Below, in pieces: positions 1 to 8,480 of a stretch of DNA of 64,000 bases (positions within the stretch are counted from its first letter, which is position 1; each line of letters opens with the position of its first letter). The translations under genes were made by a program, and so were the position numbers. This DNA is from Gemmatimonadota bacterium. Its GTDB lineage: Bacteria; Gemmatimonadota; Gemmatimonadetes; Gemmatimonadales; GWC2-71-9. Location: positions 7,099 through 71,098 of the forward strand of contig JAOTWJ010000001.1 of the NCBI GenBank assembly GCA_029862925.1. The letters are read 5' to 3'. The notes beneath the pieces were generated by a model. It did no database searches and was not told where the DNA came from. It saw only the letters and a program-made list of their open reading frames with translations.

Positions 1-887
1 TGGTAGTACCGATAGCGAAACGGTGCCGTGTCGGTCACCATGACCGCGGCAAACCCCTCGCGCCAGAACGCCCAGTGGTCCGACCAGAACACGCCCGGCA
101 GGTAGCCGGGCGGGGCCGCCCCTTCGGATGGGAAGCGGGTGGCACGGCGGAACGCGCCCACGCAGCGGCGCACCAGTGCGCGCGAGCGCAGGTTGCCGAC
201 GAACGCCACGAAGTTGCCCGTCCCCGGATACAGGAGCCGGAACGGTCCGGGATACCGCTGACTCCCGGGGAGATCCAGGTAACACCCGATGGTCTCGAGC
301 GAGAGCATGGCCTCCACTCGGTCTCCCGCCTCGCGGCAGCGCCGGGCGTAGCGCCGGCTGCCCATGTCCCACGTGAGAAAGAACGGCGGTTCTTCGTTCA
401 CGAACGCCACGAATCTGAGCGTCACGGCGGGCGCGAGATGACGGAGCCGGGCGGCCAACTCCAGCAGCGCGGCGACCCCGCTGCCATTGTCGTTGGCCCC
501 CGGCGACCCCAGCACGGAATCGTAGTGCGCACCGACCACCACGACTGCGTCCGGGCGCGCGACCCCCGGAATCTCAACATGGAGGTTCACCACCTCGCGC
601 CCGGCCGCCGTGAAGGCCTGCCGGCCCACCCGGTAGCCTGCCGCGCGCCACGCCGCCTCGATGTACTCGGCCGCGGCGGCCAGCGCGTCGGGCCGCCACA
701 CGCTCCGCTCACCGATCTCTCCGCCAAGCATCTCGACGTGGACCCGCAGCCGGTCGCGCAGGGCGACAAGGTCGCCATCGAGGGGTGGGAGCGGGTCGGC
801 AAAGGAACTGCCCGGCATCGCGACCATGTAGCGGGTGAGGCCGGCGGCAACGAGGACCGTCACCGCGACCGCAACCACCCACGACAC
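1..887 (-). CDS. M28 family metallopeptidase (aminopeptidase-like), N-terminal part only; C-terminus lies beyond the window start
   Basis: Absent from the ORF track because no stop lies inside the window. My own minus-strand translation from GTG 887-885 gives VSWVVAVAVTVLVAAGLTRYMVAMPGSSFADPL...VVVGAHYDSVLGSPGANDNGSGVAALLELAARLRHL...LRFVAFVNEEPPFF. This is a membrane anchor followed by M28-type zinc-ligand blocks. The start abuts the queF stop (TAG 890-888). Confidence 0.75.
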   Translation of the reverse strand, partial: MSWVVAVAVTVLVAAGLTRYMVAMPGSSFADPLPPLDGDLVALRDRLRVHVEMLGGEIGERSVWRPDALAAAAEYIEAAWRAAGYRVGRQAFTAAGREVVNLHVEIPGVARPDAVVVVGAHYDSVLGSPGANDNGSGVAALLELAARLRHLAPAVTLRFVAFVNEEPPFFLTWDMGSRRYARRCREAGDRVEAMLSLETIGCYLDLPGSQRYPGPFRLLYPGTGNFVAFVGNLRSRALVRRCVGAFRRATRFPSEGAAPPGYLPGVFWSDHWAFWREGFAAVMVTDTAPFRYRYY

Positions 888-1280
888 CTACGAGCCCCGG
901 ACGGCTTCGGCCAAGAGGGCAATCCCGCCACGGACGTTCTGGTGCACGCGCACCGTCACGCGGCGCGGGGCGATCGCGTACACGACGTCGTCCGCGATGC
1001 GGGCGGCGAGCGTCTCGCAGAACGCCCCCTGATCGCGGTAGGACCAGAGGTAGTACTTGAGCGCCTTCGACTCGAGACAGCGGTCGCCGGGCTCGTACTC
1101 GATTTCCACGCGGCCGAAATCCGGCTGGCCCGAGCGCGGACAGATCGACGTGAACTCGAGCGCCGTCAGCGCGATGCGCTGAACCGGCGGCGCCGCAAAC
1201 GCCTCCGCCCGAAGCACATCGCGGGCCTGGTCGGGGTTATCCGGGCGGGGTATGGGACCGGCACGGGGCAGTTGGGACAT
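888..1280 (-). CDS. queF: NADPH-dependent 7-cyano-7-deazaguanine (preQ0) reductase
   Basis: 130-aa ORF. The sequence LEFTSICPRSGQPDFGRVEIEYEPGDRCLESKALKYYLWSYRDQGAFCE carries the small (type I) QueF catalytic Cys and QPDF/ES-K-YL signature. Confidence 0.9.
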   Translation of the reverse strand: MSQLPRAGPIPRPDNPDQARDVLRAEAFAAPPVQRIALTALEFTSICPRSGQPDFGRVEIEYEPGDRCLESKALKYYLWSYRDQGAFCETLAARIADDVVYAIAPRRVTVRVHQNVRGGIALLAEAVRGS

Positions 1281-1362
1281 GGCGGGAATCTAGGCCCACG
1301 CGGGCGGCGGCGCGACGAGGGCTCCTGCTGACACGCGTCCCGCGACGCCCTAGCTTACAGGC

Positions 1363-2073
1363 ATGCAGCCGCTTCCGGCCGTCGTCCTGCTCTCGGGCGG
1401 ACTCGACTCGTCGACGACCCTCGCCATCGCGCACCGAAAGGGGTTCGTCGCGCACGCGCTCACCGTGCGCTACGGGCAGCGTCATGCGGCGGAGCTCGAA
1501 GCGGCGCGGCGGGTGGCGGCGGCGCTCGGGGTTGCCGACCACAAGATCGTGGACCTCGACCTCCGCGCGTTCGGGGGCTCGGCCCTCACGGCGGACGTCC
1601 CGGTGCCGAAACACCGGGCCGACGACGAGATCGGACGCGGGATTCCCGTGACCTACGTTCCGGCCCGCAACACGATCCTGCTGTCGCTGGCCCTGGCGTG
1701 GGCCGAGGTGCTCGGGGCCTGGGACGTGTTCCTGGGCGTGAACGCGCTCGACTACAGCGGCTATCCCGACTGCCGGCCCGAGTTCATCGAAGCCTTCGAG
1801 CGCCTGGCCAACCTCGGCACGAAGGCCGGCGTCGAGGGCCACGGCCGATTTGCCGTGCACACCCCCCTCATCCGGATGTCCAAGCGGGAGATCCTCCGGA
1901 CCGGCTTGGACCTGGGGGTGAATTACGCGCTCACGGTCTCGTGCTACGATCCCGACGAAACGGGCGCCGGGTGCGGCGCCTGCGACGCGTGCCGCCTCCG
2001 GCTCAAGGGCTTCGCGGAGCTGGGCGTGGCCGACCCGGCACGCTACCGGACCAGCGTGGGGACCGGCCGATGA
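1363..2073 (+). CDS. queC: 7-cyano-7-deazaguanine synthase
   Basis: 236 aa. It has an N-terminal SGGLDS PP-loop, the block [20 protein letters not shown], and a C-terminal CGACDAC zinc cluster. Confidence 0.95.
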   Translation: MQPLPAVVLLSGGLDSSTTLAIAHRKGFVAHALTVRYGQRHAAELEAARRVAAALGVADHKIVDLDLRAFGGSALTADVPVPKHRADDEIGRGIPVTYVPARNTILLSLALAWAEVLGAWDVFLGVNALDYSGYPDCRPEFIEAFERLANLGTKAGVEGHGRFAVHTPLIRMSKREILRTGLDLGVNYALTVSCYDPDETGAGCGACDACRLRLKGFAELGVADPARYRTSVGTGR

Positions 2074-2705
2074 CGTACACCGTGAAGGAGATCTACTTCA
2101 CGCTGCAGGGGGAGGGCGTGCACACGGGGCGACCGGCGGTGTTCCTGCGGTTCGCCGGGTGTAACCTGTGGAGCGGACTGGAGCGCGACCGTGCGACGGC
2201 CGTCTGCCGATTCTGCGACACGGACTTCGTGGGTACCGACGGCGCGGGAGGCGGCAAGTTTTCGCATCCCGCCGCCCTCGCGGCTGCGTGCGCGCGGTGT
2301 TGGCCGGGCCGGGCCGACGCGCACCCGTACGTCGTGTGTACCGGAGGCGAGCCGTTGCTCCAGCTCGACGAGCCCCTGGTGGCGGCGCTCCATGCAGCGG
2401 GCTTCGAGGTCGGCGTCGAGACCAACGGCACGCAGGCAGTGCCCGACGGGGTGGATTGGATCTGCGTGAGCCCCAAGGCCGGCGCGCCGCTCGTCCAGAC
2501 GTCCGGCGACGAACTCAAGCTCGTCTGCCCGCAGGAGGGAGCCGAGCCTGAACGATACGACGGGCTCGCGTTCGACCACTTTTCCCTGCAGCCCATGGAC
2601 GGGCCTGACCTGGCGCGTAATACGGAGTTGGTCCGGACCTACGCGGCCGCGCATCCGTGGTGGAAAGTCAGTCTGCAAACTCACAAGCTCTTGGGGATTC
2701 CATGA
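2070..2705 (+). CDS. queE: 7-carboxy-7-deazaguanine synthase (radical SAM)
   Basis: The true start is [40 protein letters not shown] inside track ORF 1698-2705. ATG 2070 overlaps the queC stop (ATGA). The upstream part of that ORF is Arg/Pro-rich junk. Confidence 0.9.
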   Translation: MTYTVKEIYFTLQGEGVHTGRPAVFLRFAGCNLWSGLERDRATAVCRFCDTDFVGTDGAGGGKFSHPAALAAACARCWPGRADAHPYVVCTGGEPLLQLDEPLVAALHAAGFEVGVETNGTQAVPDGVDWICVSPKAGAPLVQTSGDELKLVCPQEGAEPERYDGLAFDHFSLQPMDGPDLARNTELVRTYAAAHPWWKVSLQTHKLLGIP

Positions 2706-3211
2706 CGGTGACCCGTGCGCAACCCGGCGTTGGCGCGGCCGTCGTGCTGTTCTCGCTCGCCGCCCTGGGCGGAACGGCGTGCGGCGGCAAGACAGGGACA
2801 GCGGATCGCGGCTTGGCGCCCCCGGTGGCGGTGAAGGCGATGCCGCCCGTCCCGGACCTCTCGAAGGTGCGCACCTTCGCCGGCGACATCCCGGGTGTGG
2901 TGGCGGGCGGAGCCGGGGTCACCAGTCCCACGCTCGAGCGGCTGGGCGACCTCGTGTTTCCACCGGCGGCGTGGAACGATGGACGTCAAGGCTGGGTGGT
3001 CTTCGACTTCGTCGTGAACGCCGACGGCCGCGTGAATCAGAAGCTCGTGCGACTGGTCGCCGCCTCCGACAGCGTGTTCGTGGCGCCCGCCGAGCAGGCC
3101 GTCCGTGCCGCGCGCTTCGCGCCGGCCATAAAGGGTGGCGAGCCGGTCGCGAAGCTCGTACGCCTGCCGGTTCACTTCACGCTGGAGCCGCGACGACGCG
3201 ACCGACGCTGA
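2702..3211 (+). CDS. TonB C-terminal-domain lipoprotein
   Basis: ATG 2702 overlaps the queE stop (ATGA). There is a signal/lipobox-like stretch AAVVLFSLAALGGTAC. The C-terminal GWVVFDFVVNADGRV...AVRAARFAPAIKGGEPV...LPVHF resembles the TonB_C fold. Confidence 0.6.
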   Translation: MTVTRAQPGVGAAVVLFSLAALGGTACGGKTGTADRGLAPPVAVKAMPPVPDLSKVRTFAGDIPGVVAGGAGVTSPTLERLGDLVFPPAAWNDGRQGWVVFDFVVNADGRVNQKLVRLVAASDSVFVAPAEQAVRAARFAPAIKGGEPVAKLVRLPVHFTLEPRRRDRR

Positions 3212-3321
3212 GGCCGCGGGATCATCCGGGGTGGCCGCTGGCAGGGCGACGCCCAGGAACGTAAGCTCGTGGGGAGCGGACCCGTCGCGGAGCCGGCTCC
3301 ACGCCGGCACTCGGAGGGCGC

Positions 3322-3768
3322 ATGCCGGTGAAATCCATCCCCGACGGCTACCAGGCCGTCACGCCGTACCTCATCGTTCCCGCGGTTGCCCGGCTGATCA
3401 CCTTCCTCCAGCGGGCGTTCGGCGCGACGGAACAGCGCCGGTTCCACCGGGCCGACGGCAGCGTCATGCACGCCGAAGTGCGCATTCGCGACGCGGCCGT
3501 CATGCTGGGCGAGCCCCGAGGCGAATGGAAGGCGATGCCGGCCGCCATCTACCTGTATGTCGACGATTGCGACACCGTTTACCAGCGCGCGCTCGACGCG
3601 GGTGGCACCTCGGTGATGAAGCCCACCACGATGCACCACGCCGGTGAACGCTACGGCGGGGTAAAGGATCCCTCGGGCAACGTGTGGTGGATCGCCACCC
3701 ACCTGGAGGACCTCACTCCAGAGGAGGAAGCTCGACGCATCGCGGCGATGGCGAAGGAGCGGTCGTGA
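3322..3768 (+). CDS. VOC/glyoxalase-family protein (PhnB-like)
   Basis: 148 aa. The N-terminus reads GYQAVTPYLIVP. The blocks HAEVRIRDAAVMLGE and GERYGGVKDPSGNVWWIA are typical of the PhnB/glyoxalase-bleomycin-resistance fold. Confidence 0.8.
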   Translation: MPVKSIPDGYQAVTPYLIVPAVARLITFLQRAFGATEQRRFHRADGSVMHAEVRIRDAAVMLGEPRGEWKAMPAAIYLYVDDCDTVYQRALDAGGTSVMKPTTMHHAGERYGGVKDPSGNVWWIATHLEDLTPEEEARRIAAMAKERS

Positions 3769-3769
3769 C

Positions 3770-4417
3770 GTGCGCGTCGATACCGTTCCCCTCCCGCTCC
3801 GTCCGCTGCTCGCCGTCTACGGCTACGGACTTGCGGGGGTGTTCGCCCTGTACTACCTCGCCCAGCGACCCACCATCCGGGTAGTCGTCAGCGGCGCACC
3901 CCGTTTGGAGTCGCGGAATTACATCTTCTGCCTCTGGCACGAAGCCATCTCCCTCTTGTTCCAGAGTAGCGTCCCGCGCTTCCCCAGACCGTTGCGCGCG
4001 GCGCCCCAGGCCTGGATGCAGCACCCCCTGTGGTACATGAAACCGATCCACGCCTTCATTCGGGGCATCGGCGTCCGGAAGATCGTGCTGGGCTCGACCG
4101 GCCACGGGGGCCGCCCCGCGGCCGATGCGCTCGTCGTCCTGCTGCGCGCGGGGTACTCGACGGTGGTGCTGCCCGACGGGCCGGCCGGACCCGCACGCGA
4201 ACTGAAAAAAGGGGTCCTTCACCTCGCGGCCCAGAGCGGCGTGCCGATCGTCCCGCTGCGCCTCTTCGCTTCCCGATCCTATCGCGCGCGGACGTGGGAC
4301 CGGAAGATCCAGGCCTTGCCGTTTGCGACGCTACGGATCGCGATCGGCGAGCCGCTCTCCGTCGCCGACGACACCCTCGCGCCCGCGGCCCGGACCCTGA
4401 CGGCGGCCCTTGGGTGA
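3770..4417 (+). CDS. DUF374 / lysophospholipid-acyltransferase-like protein
   Basis: 215 aa with FCLWHE...VLPDGPAGPARELKKGVLHLAAQSGVPIVP, matching the DUF374 pattern (LWH ... DGPRGP ... G...LA..SG.PI.P). Confidence 0.7.
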   Translation: MRVDTVPLPLRPLLAVYGYGLAGVFALYYLAQRPTIRVVVSGAPRLESRNYIFCLWHEAISLLFQSSVPRFPRPLRAAPQAWMQHPLWYMKPIHAFIRGIGVRKIVLGSTGHGGRPAADALVVLLRAGYSTVVLPDGPAGPARELKKGVLHLAAQSGVPIVPLRLFASRSYRARTWDRKIQALPFATLRIAIGEPLSVADDTLAPAARTLTAALG

Positions 4418-4435
4418 GCGCGGCGCATTCCCTGT

Positions 4436-4474
4436 CCGTCTTCCCGTCTTCCCGTCTCCCCGTCTCCCCGTCTA
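4436..4474. repeat. Octanucleotide tandem repeat CCGTCTYC, about 4.9 copies
   Basis: Read directly: ccgtcttc ccgtcttc ccgtctcc ccgtctcc ccgtcta. It lies in the 60-nt spacer between the DUF374 stop (4417) and the dehydrogenase start (4478/4484). Confidence 0.9.
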
Positions 4475-4477
4475 GCT

Positions 4478-5572
4478 TTGGGCATGCCGCGCGCCGCCGT
4501 GATGCCCGGGCCTCGGAAGCCGATCGAAGTGCGCGAGATGCCGGACCCCGTGCTCGAGCCCGGCGCCGTGCTCCTCGAGACGATCGTGAGCGAAGTGTGC
4601 GGCACCGACGTGCACCTCCATCACGGTCGACTGGCCGGCGTGCCCTTCCCCATCATTCCCGGTCACGTCAGTGTTGGCCGCGTGCTCGAAGCGCGTGACG
4701 TGACGGCCGATGCCTTGGGCCGACCGCTGGTACCCGGCGACGTCGTCACCTTTTACGATGTGTGGGGCACGTGCGGGCGCTGCTGGCACTGCCTCGTCAC
4801 GAAGCAGCCGACCCGCTGTCCGCACCGCCGCGTGTACGGCATCACGTTTTCGGCCGACGAAGGACTCTACGGCGGGTGGGCGGAGCGGATCTATCTCCGT
4901 CCCGGCGTCTCCATCCTTCAGCTGCCCGACGGCGTCGAGCCGGACGACGTGATCGGCGGGGGCTGTGGCCTGTCGACCGGGTTCGCGGCGGTCGAGCGCG
5001 GCGACATCGCGATGGGCGACACGGTGCTGGTCCAGGGCGCGGGGGCGGTGGGCCTCGCCACGGCGGCGTTCGCCGGTCTCCGCGGTGCGGCGTGCGTGAT
5101 CATCATCGGCGCGCCCAACGCACGCCTCGAGCTCGCCCGGCACCTCGGCGCCGACGTCACACTTTCCCTCGAGACCGTGCCGCCCCACGAACGAGACGAG
5201 CGAATCCGCGCGCTTACGGACGGACGCGGCGTGGACGTGGCGATCGAGGCCAGTGGCAACCCCGCGGCGGTGCCGGAAGGCCTGCGGCTGCTGCGGGACG
5301 GCGGGACGTATGTGATCGCCGGCCATTACACGGATGTCGGCCCCATCACGCTCAACATCCACACGGACGTCAACCGCAAACACGCCCAGATCCGCGGGCA
5401 GTGGGGCACGGAATTCGGCCACGTGGCCCGCGCCCTCGCCCTGCTGGCCCGGCACCGCGACCGCCTGCCCTTCGCGCGCGTGATCGGGAGCCGGTACGGC
5501 CTGGCCGACGCGGGGCGCGCGTTGGCCGACGTCGAGGCCCTGCGGGTCACGAAGGCGGTCATCACGCCATGA
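4478..5572 (+). CDS. Zinc-dependent alcohol dehydrogenase family (MDR) oxidoreductase
   Basis: 364 aa. It has VCGTDVHLHHG, GHVSVG, a structural-zinc CGRCWHCLVTKQPTRC block and the Rossmann motif VLVQGAGAVG. The start may be ATG 4484 rather than TTG 4478. Confidence 0.85.
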   Translation: MGMPRAAVMPGPRKPIEVREMPDPVLEPGAVLLETIVSEVCGTDVHLHHGRLAGVPFPIIPGHVSVGRVLEARDVTADALGRPLVPGDVVTFYDVWGTCGRCWHCLVTKQPTRCPHRRVYGITFSADEGLYGGWAERIYLRPGVSILQLPDGVEPDDVIGGGCGLSTGFAAVERGDIAMGDTVLVQGAGAVGLATAAFAGLRGAACVIIIGAPNARLELARHLGADVTLSLETVPPHERDERIRALTDGRGVDVAIEASGNPAAVPEGLRLLRDGGTYVIAGHYTDVGPITLNIHTDVNRKHAQIRGQWGTEFGHVARALALLARHRDRLPFARVIGSRYGLADAGRALADVEALRVTKAVITP

Positions 5573-6213
5573 GCGGCAACAACGGCTTCACCACGTTTCT
5601 GTTCGACCTCGACGGGACGCTGATCGACTCCGTGGAGCTGATCCTGAGTTCCTACCGGCACACCATGCGCGTCCACCGCGGCACGATGCCCACGGACGAC
5701 GTCTGGCTTGCCGGCCTCGGCACGCCGTTGTGGGTCCAGTTCCGCCACTTCACGAACGACCCGGCGGAAATCGACGCGATGGTCGCGACGTACCGGGAGC
5801 ACAATCACGCCCATCACGACCGGATGGTCCGCCCGTACGACGGCGTCGCGGAGGCGGTCGCGGCCCTCGCCCGGCGCGGTCCGCTCGGGGTCGTGACCAG
5901 CAAGCTGCACGCGAGTGCCGAGCGTGGACTCCGGCTCTGCGGCCTCGAACGCCACTTCCGCGTGATCGTCGGCGCCGACGACGTCGAGCACCCCAAGCCG
6001 GATCCGGAACCCGTCGAACGCGCGCTCGCCTCACTCGACGCTGACCCCGCGCGCACGGTGTTCGTCGGCGACTCGCCCCACGACATGGCCGCCGGCCGGG
6101 CTGCTGGCGTCGCCACCGCCGCCGTGTTGTGGGGACCGTTTCCGCGGGAGCACCTCGCGCCCGAGCAGCCGACCCGCTGGCTGGCGGCGCCGGCGGATCT
6201 GCTCACGCTGTGA
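5569..6213 (+). CDS. HAD-superfamily hydrolase (phosphoglycolate phosphatase / PpaX-like)
   Basis: Starts MSGNNGFTTFLFDLDGTLIDS (DxDGT motif), with VVTSK and FVGDSPHDMAAGRAAG downstream. ATG 5569 overlaps the dehydrogenase stop (ATGA). The upstream part of track ORF 4762-6213 is junk. Confidence 0.85.
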   Translation: MSGNNGFTTFLFDLDGTLIDSVELILSSYRHTMRVHRGTMPTDDVWLAGLGTPLWVQFRHFTNDPAEIDAMVATYREHNHAHHDRMVRPYDGVAEAVAALARRGPLGVVTSKLHASAERGLRLCGLERHFRVIVGADDVEHPKPDPEPVERALASLDADPARTVFVGDSPHDMAAGRAAGVATAAVLWGPFPREHLAPEQPTRWLAAPADLLTL

Positions 6214-6264
6214 TCCCGCCGCACTCGTCTCCACCTCTTCCCAAGGCCGGGCCATGACCGCAGT

Positions 6265-7224
6265 TTGCGCGCCATGAACCGCGTGACCACCTGGCTGTCC
6301 GAGACCCTCGGCCTCAGCACCGTCGTGCAGGGACGGCTCGCGGCGTCGCTCGTCGTGATCCTGCTGCTGTGGCTGTTACGGCGCATCACGCTCAGCATCG
6401 TGTGGCGGCAGGTCGAGGACGTCGCGGTCCGCTACCGCTGGCAGAAGACGACAAGCTACATCGCGGTCCCCATCGGGCTGTTCGTCGTCGGCCGCATCTG
6501 GTTCGAGGGGATGGGGTCCATCGCCACGTTTCTTGGCCTCGTGTCGGCGGGCATCGCCATCGCCCTCAAGGACATCCTCGTCAACCTCGCCGGCTGGGCG
6601 TTCATTCTCTGGCGCCGGCCTTTCGAGGTCGGCGACCGCATCCAGATCGGCGACCAGGCGGGAGACGTCATCGATATCCGGATCTTCCAGTTCTCGCTGA
6701 TGGAGATCGGCAACTGGGTGGACGCCGACCAGAGCACGGGCCGCGTGGTGCACGTGCCTAACGGCAGGGTGCTCACGGAGGTGACCGCCAACTACACGAA
6801 GGGGTTTCAGTACATCTGGAACGAGATCCCGGTGCTCATCACGTTCGAAAGCAATTGGACAAAGGCCAAGGCCATCCTGCTTCGCATCGCCAACGCCCAC
6901 GCCTCGCATCTCACCGAATCGGCCCAACGGCAGATCAAGGAAGTGTCCAAGCGGTTCCTGATCTTCTATCAGACGCTGACCCCAACGGTGTACACCAGTG
7001 TGGCGGACAGCGGCGTCCTCCTCACCCTACGTCATCTCTGCGCCCCGCGTGAACGGCGCGGCGCCGTGGAGAAGATCTGGGAGGCGATTCTCACGGAGTT
7101 CGCGCAGCACCCCGACATCGATTTCGCCTACCCCACACAGCGATTCTTCGATCATCGGCAGGAAGGCAAGGAGGTGGTCGCGGCGGCCGCCCGCCGCCCC
7201 CCGGAGCCCACCGAGACCCGCTGA
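6265..7224 (+). CDS. Mechanosensitive ion channel (MscS family)
   Basis: 319 aa. There are TM segments followed by GLVSAGIAIALKDILVNLAGWAFILWRRPFEVGDRIQIGDQAGDVIDIRIF, the MscS pore-helix and beta-domain signature. ATG 6274 is an alternative start. Confidence 0.85.
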   Translation: MRAMNRVTTWLSETLGLSTVVQGRLAASLVVILLLWLLRRITLSIVWRQVEDVAVRYRWQKTTSYIAVPIGLFVVGRIWFEGMGSIATFLGLVSAGIAIALKDILVNLAGWAFILWRRPFEVGDRIQIGDQAGDVIDIRIFQFSLMEIGNWVDADQSTGRVVHVPNGRVLTEVTANYTKGFQYIWNEIPVLITFESNWTKAKAILLRIANAHASHLTESAQRQIKEVSKRFLIFYQTLTPTVYTSVADSGVLLTLRHLCAPRERRGAVEKIWEAILTEFAQHPDIDFAYPTQRFFDHRQEGKEVVAAAARRPPEPTETR

Positions 7225-7273
7225 CACGTTCCAACCCTCGGATCCGTAAGGCTGTCTAACACCTGAACGCCGG

Positions 7274-7308
7274 CCGAGGGCGCCACGCCGTCGGCCCTCG
7301 GTTTTTTT
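7274..7308 (+). terminator. Rho-independent terminator after the MscS gene
   Basis: An 8-bp GC stem (ccgagggc 7274-7281 pairing with gccctcgg 7294-7301) is followed by a run of seven T (7302-7308). A GAGGAGG Shine-Dalgarno for the next gene follows immediately. Confidence 0.8.
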
Positions 7309-7322
7309 CTGAGGAGGCAGCC

Positions 7323-8408
7323 ATGCGAGGACAGGCTCTCCTGTCATGGGTAGCCACGCTGGGTACCGCCGCGAGCGCTCTTGTCGGGTCGTCCGCCGCG
7401 CTTCCGGCGCAGGCGCCGGAGCGATTCGAACTCCGCGGCGAACGAGTCGCCATCTACAACCTGGCCGGCCACGCGACTGTGGAAGCCGGGTCCGGCCCCG
7501 CCGTCGTCGTGGAGGTGCGCCGGGGGGGCGCCGACGCCGCCCGGCTCCGCGTCGAACGCGGTCCGATCGGGGACGCCGAAACGCTGCGCATCGTGTATCC
7601 CGACGACCGCCTGGTCTACCGGCCCGATGACGCGTGGCGCGGACGATCGACGGTGCGCGTGCGCGACGACGGCACGTTCAACGACTGGAGCCGGGACCGC
7701 GGCAGGCGCTCGGGTCGTGAAGTGGAGATCCGGGATGCCGGTCCGGGGCTCGACGCGCACGCCGACATCCGGATCCTAGTGCCCCGCGGGCGGCAGATCG
7801 CCGTCTATCTCGCCGTCGGGCGCATGGATGCAACTGGGCTCGCGGGTGACGTGCTGCTGGACGGCGGCGCCACCGCGGTGACCGTGGCACGGAGCTCCGG
7901 CACGATCCGCGTGGACGTCGGCTCGGGGTCAGTGCGGTCCAGCGACACCGAGGGCGAGCTGGACGTGGACACCGGGTCGGGCTCGGTGGACGTCACCGGC
8001 CATACGGGCCGCATGCTGCGGCTGGATACGGGCTCCGGCTCCGTCTCGCTGCAAGGTGTTCGGGTCGAGGAGTTGAACGTGGATACCGGCTCCGGGGATG
8101 TCACGGGCAGCAACGTCACGGCGAAGACGGTCCTCGTCGACACGGGGAGCGGGTCCGTGGATCTCGCGTTCGCCGGCCCGCCCGGCGATCTCGCGGTCGA
8201 CACCGGGTCTGGGGACGTCACCCTCGGGCTGCCGGCCGGCTTTGGCGCGCGGGTAGAGCTGGAGACGAGCTCCGGCGGGATCGAGCTGGATTTTCCGCTC
8301 ACCATGCAGCGCTGGGAGCGGGACCACGTCGTCGGCACGATCGGCAGTGGCGGGGGACAGATGAAAATCGAAACCGGCTCGGGCGACATCCGCCTGCGCC
8401 GCAGCTGA
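7323..8408 (+). CDS. DUF4097-type putative adhesin / beta-helix repeat protein (secreted)
   Basis: 361 aa with a signal peptide. The C-terminal half carries at least 6 units of (V/L)DTGSG(S/D)V spaced about 19-20 aa apart, and the protein ends IETGSGDIRLRR. Confidence 0.75.
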   Translation: MRGQALLSWVATLGTAASALVGSSAALPAQAPERFELRGERVAIYNLAGHATVEAGSGPAVVVEVRRGGADAARLRVERGPIGDAETLRIVYPDDRLVYRPDDAWRGRSTVRVRDDGTFNDWSRDRGRRSGREVEIRDAGPGLDAHADIRILVPRGRQIAVYLAVGRMDATGLAGDVLLDGGATAVTVARSSGTIRVDVGSGSVRSSDTEGELDVDTGSGSVDVTGHTGRMLRLDTGSGSVSLQGVRVEELNVDTGSGDVTGSNVTAKTVLVDTGSGSVDLAFAGPPGDLAVDTGSGDVTLGLPAGFGARVELETSSGGIELDFPLTMQRWERDHVVGTIGSGGGQMKIETGSGDIRLRRS

Positions 8409-8480
8409 CGCGCCCGCACGCCGGCGTCCGGATGGGGAGACCCGCTTCCGGACGCCGGCTGCCGCAGTACCTTCTCCCAG

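Noticed and set aside
75-1331. 418-aa plus-strand ORF covering the first 1.3 kb
   Set aside because: It is Arg/Gly/His/Pro-rich with no recognisable domain. It lies exactly antisense to two well-supported minus-strand genes (M28 peptidase and queF). This is a typical high-GC shadow ORF.
1281-1362. Possible preQ1 riboswitch between queF and queC
   Set aside because: The spacer is GC-rich and has only a 5-bp agggc/gccct pairing with a 24-nt loop. It has no A-rich 3' tail and no compact hairpin like class I, and it is too short for classes II or III. No consensus elements are visible.
1698-2069. 5' extensions of true genes in the ORF track. This one belongs to queE. Others are 4762-5568, 11802-12089, 15672-15893, 19208-19780, 27422-27925, 40841-41635, 46826-47032 and 54535-54693.
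   Set aside because: The extensions overlap upstream genes and are Arg/Pro-rich. An internal start gives a proper signal peptide, a family-typical N-terminus and/or a Shine-Dalgarno or ATGA/GTGA coupling.
4436-4474. Tandem repeats considered as a CRISPR array
   Set aside because: The units are 8 nt (7 nt at 16836-16870) and contiguous, with no spacers. No cas genes are present anywhere in the window.
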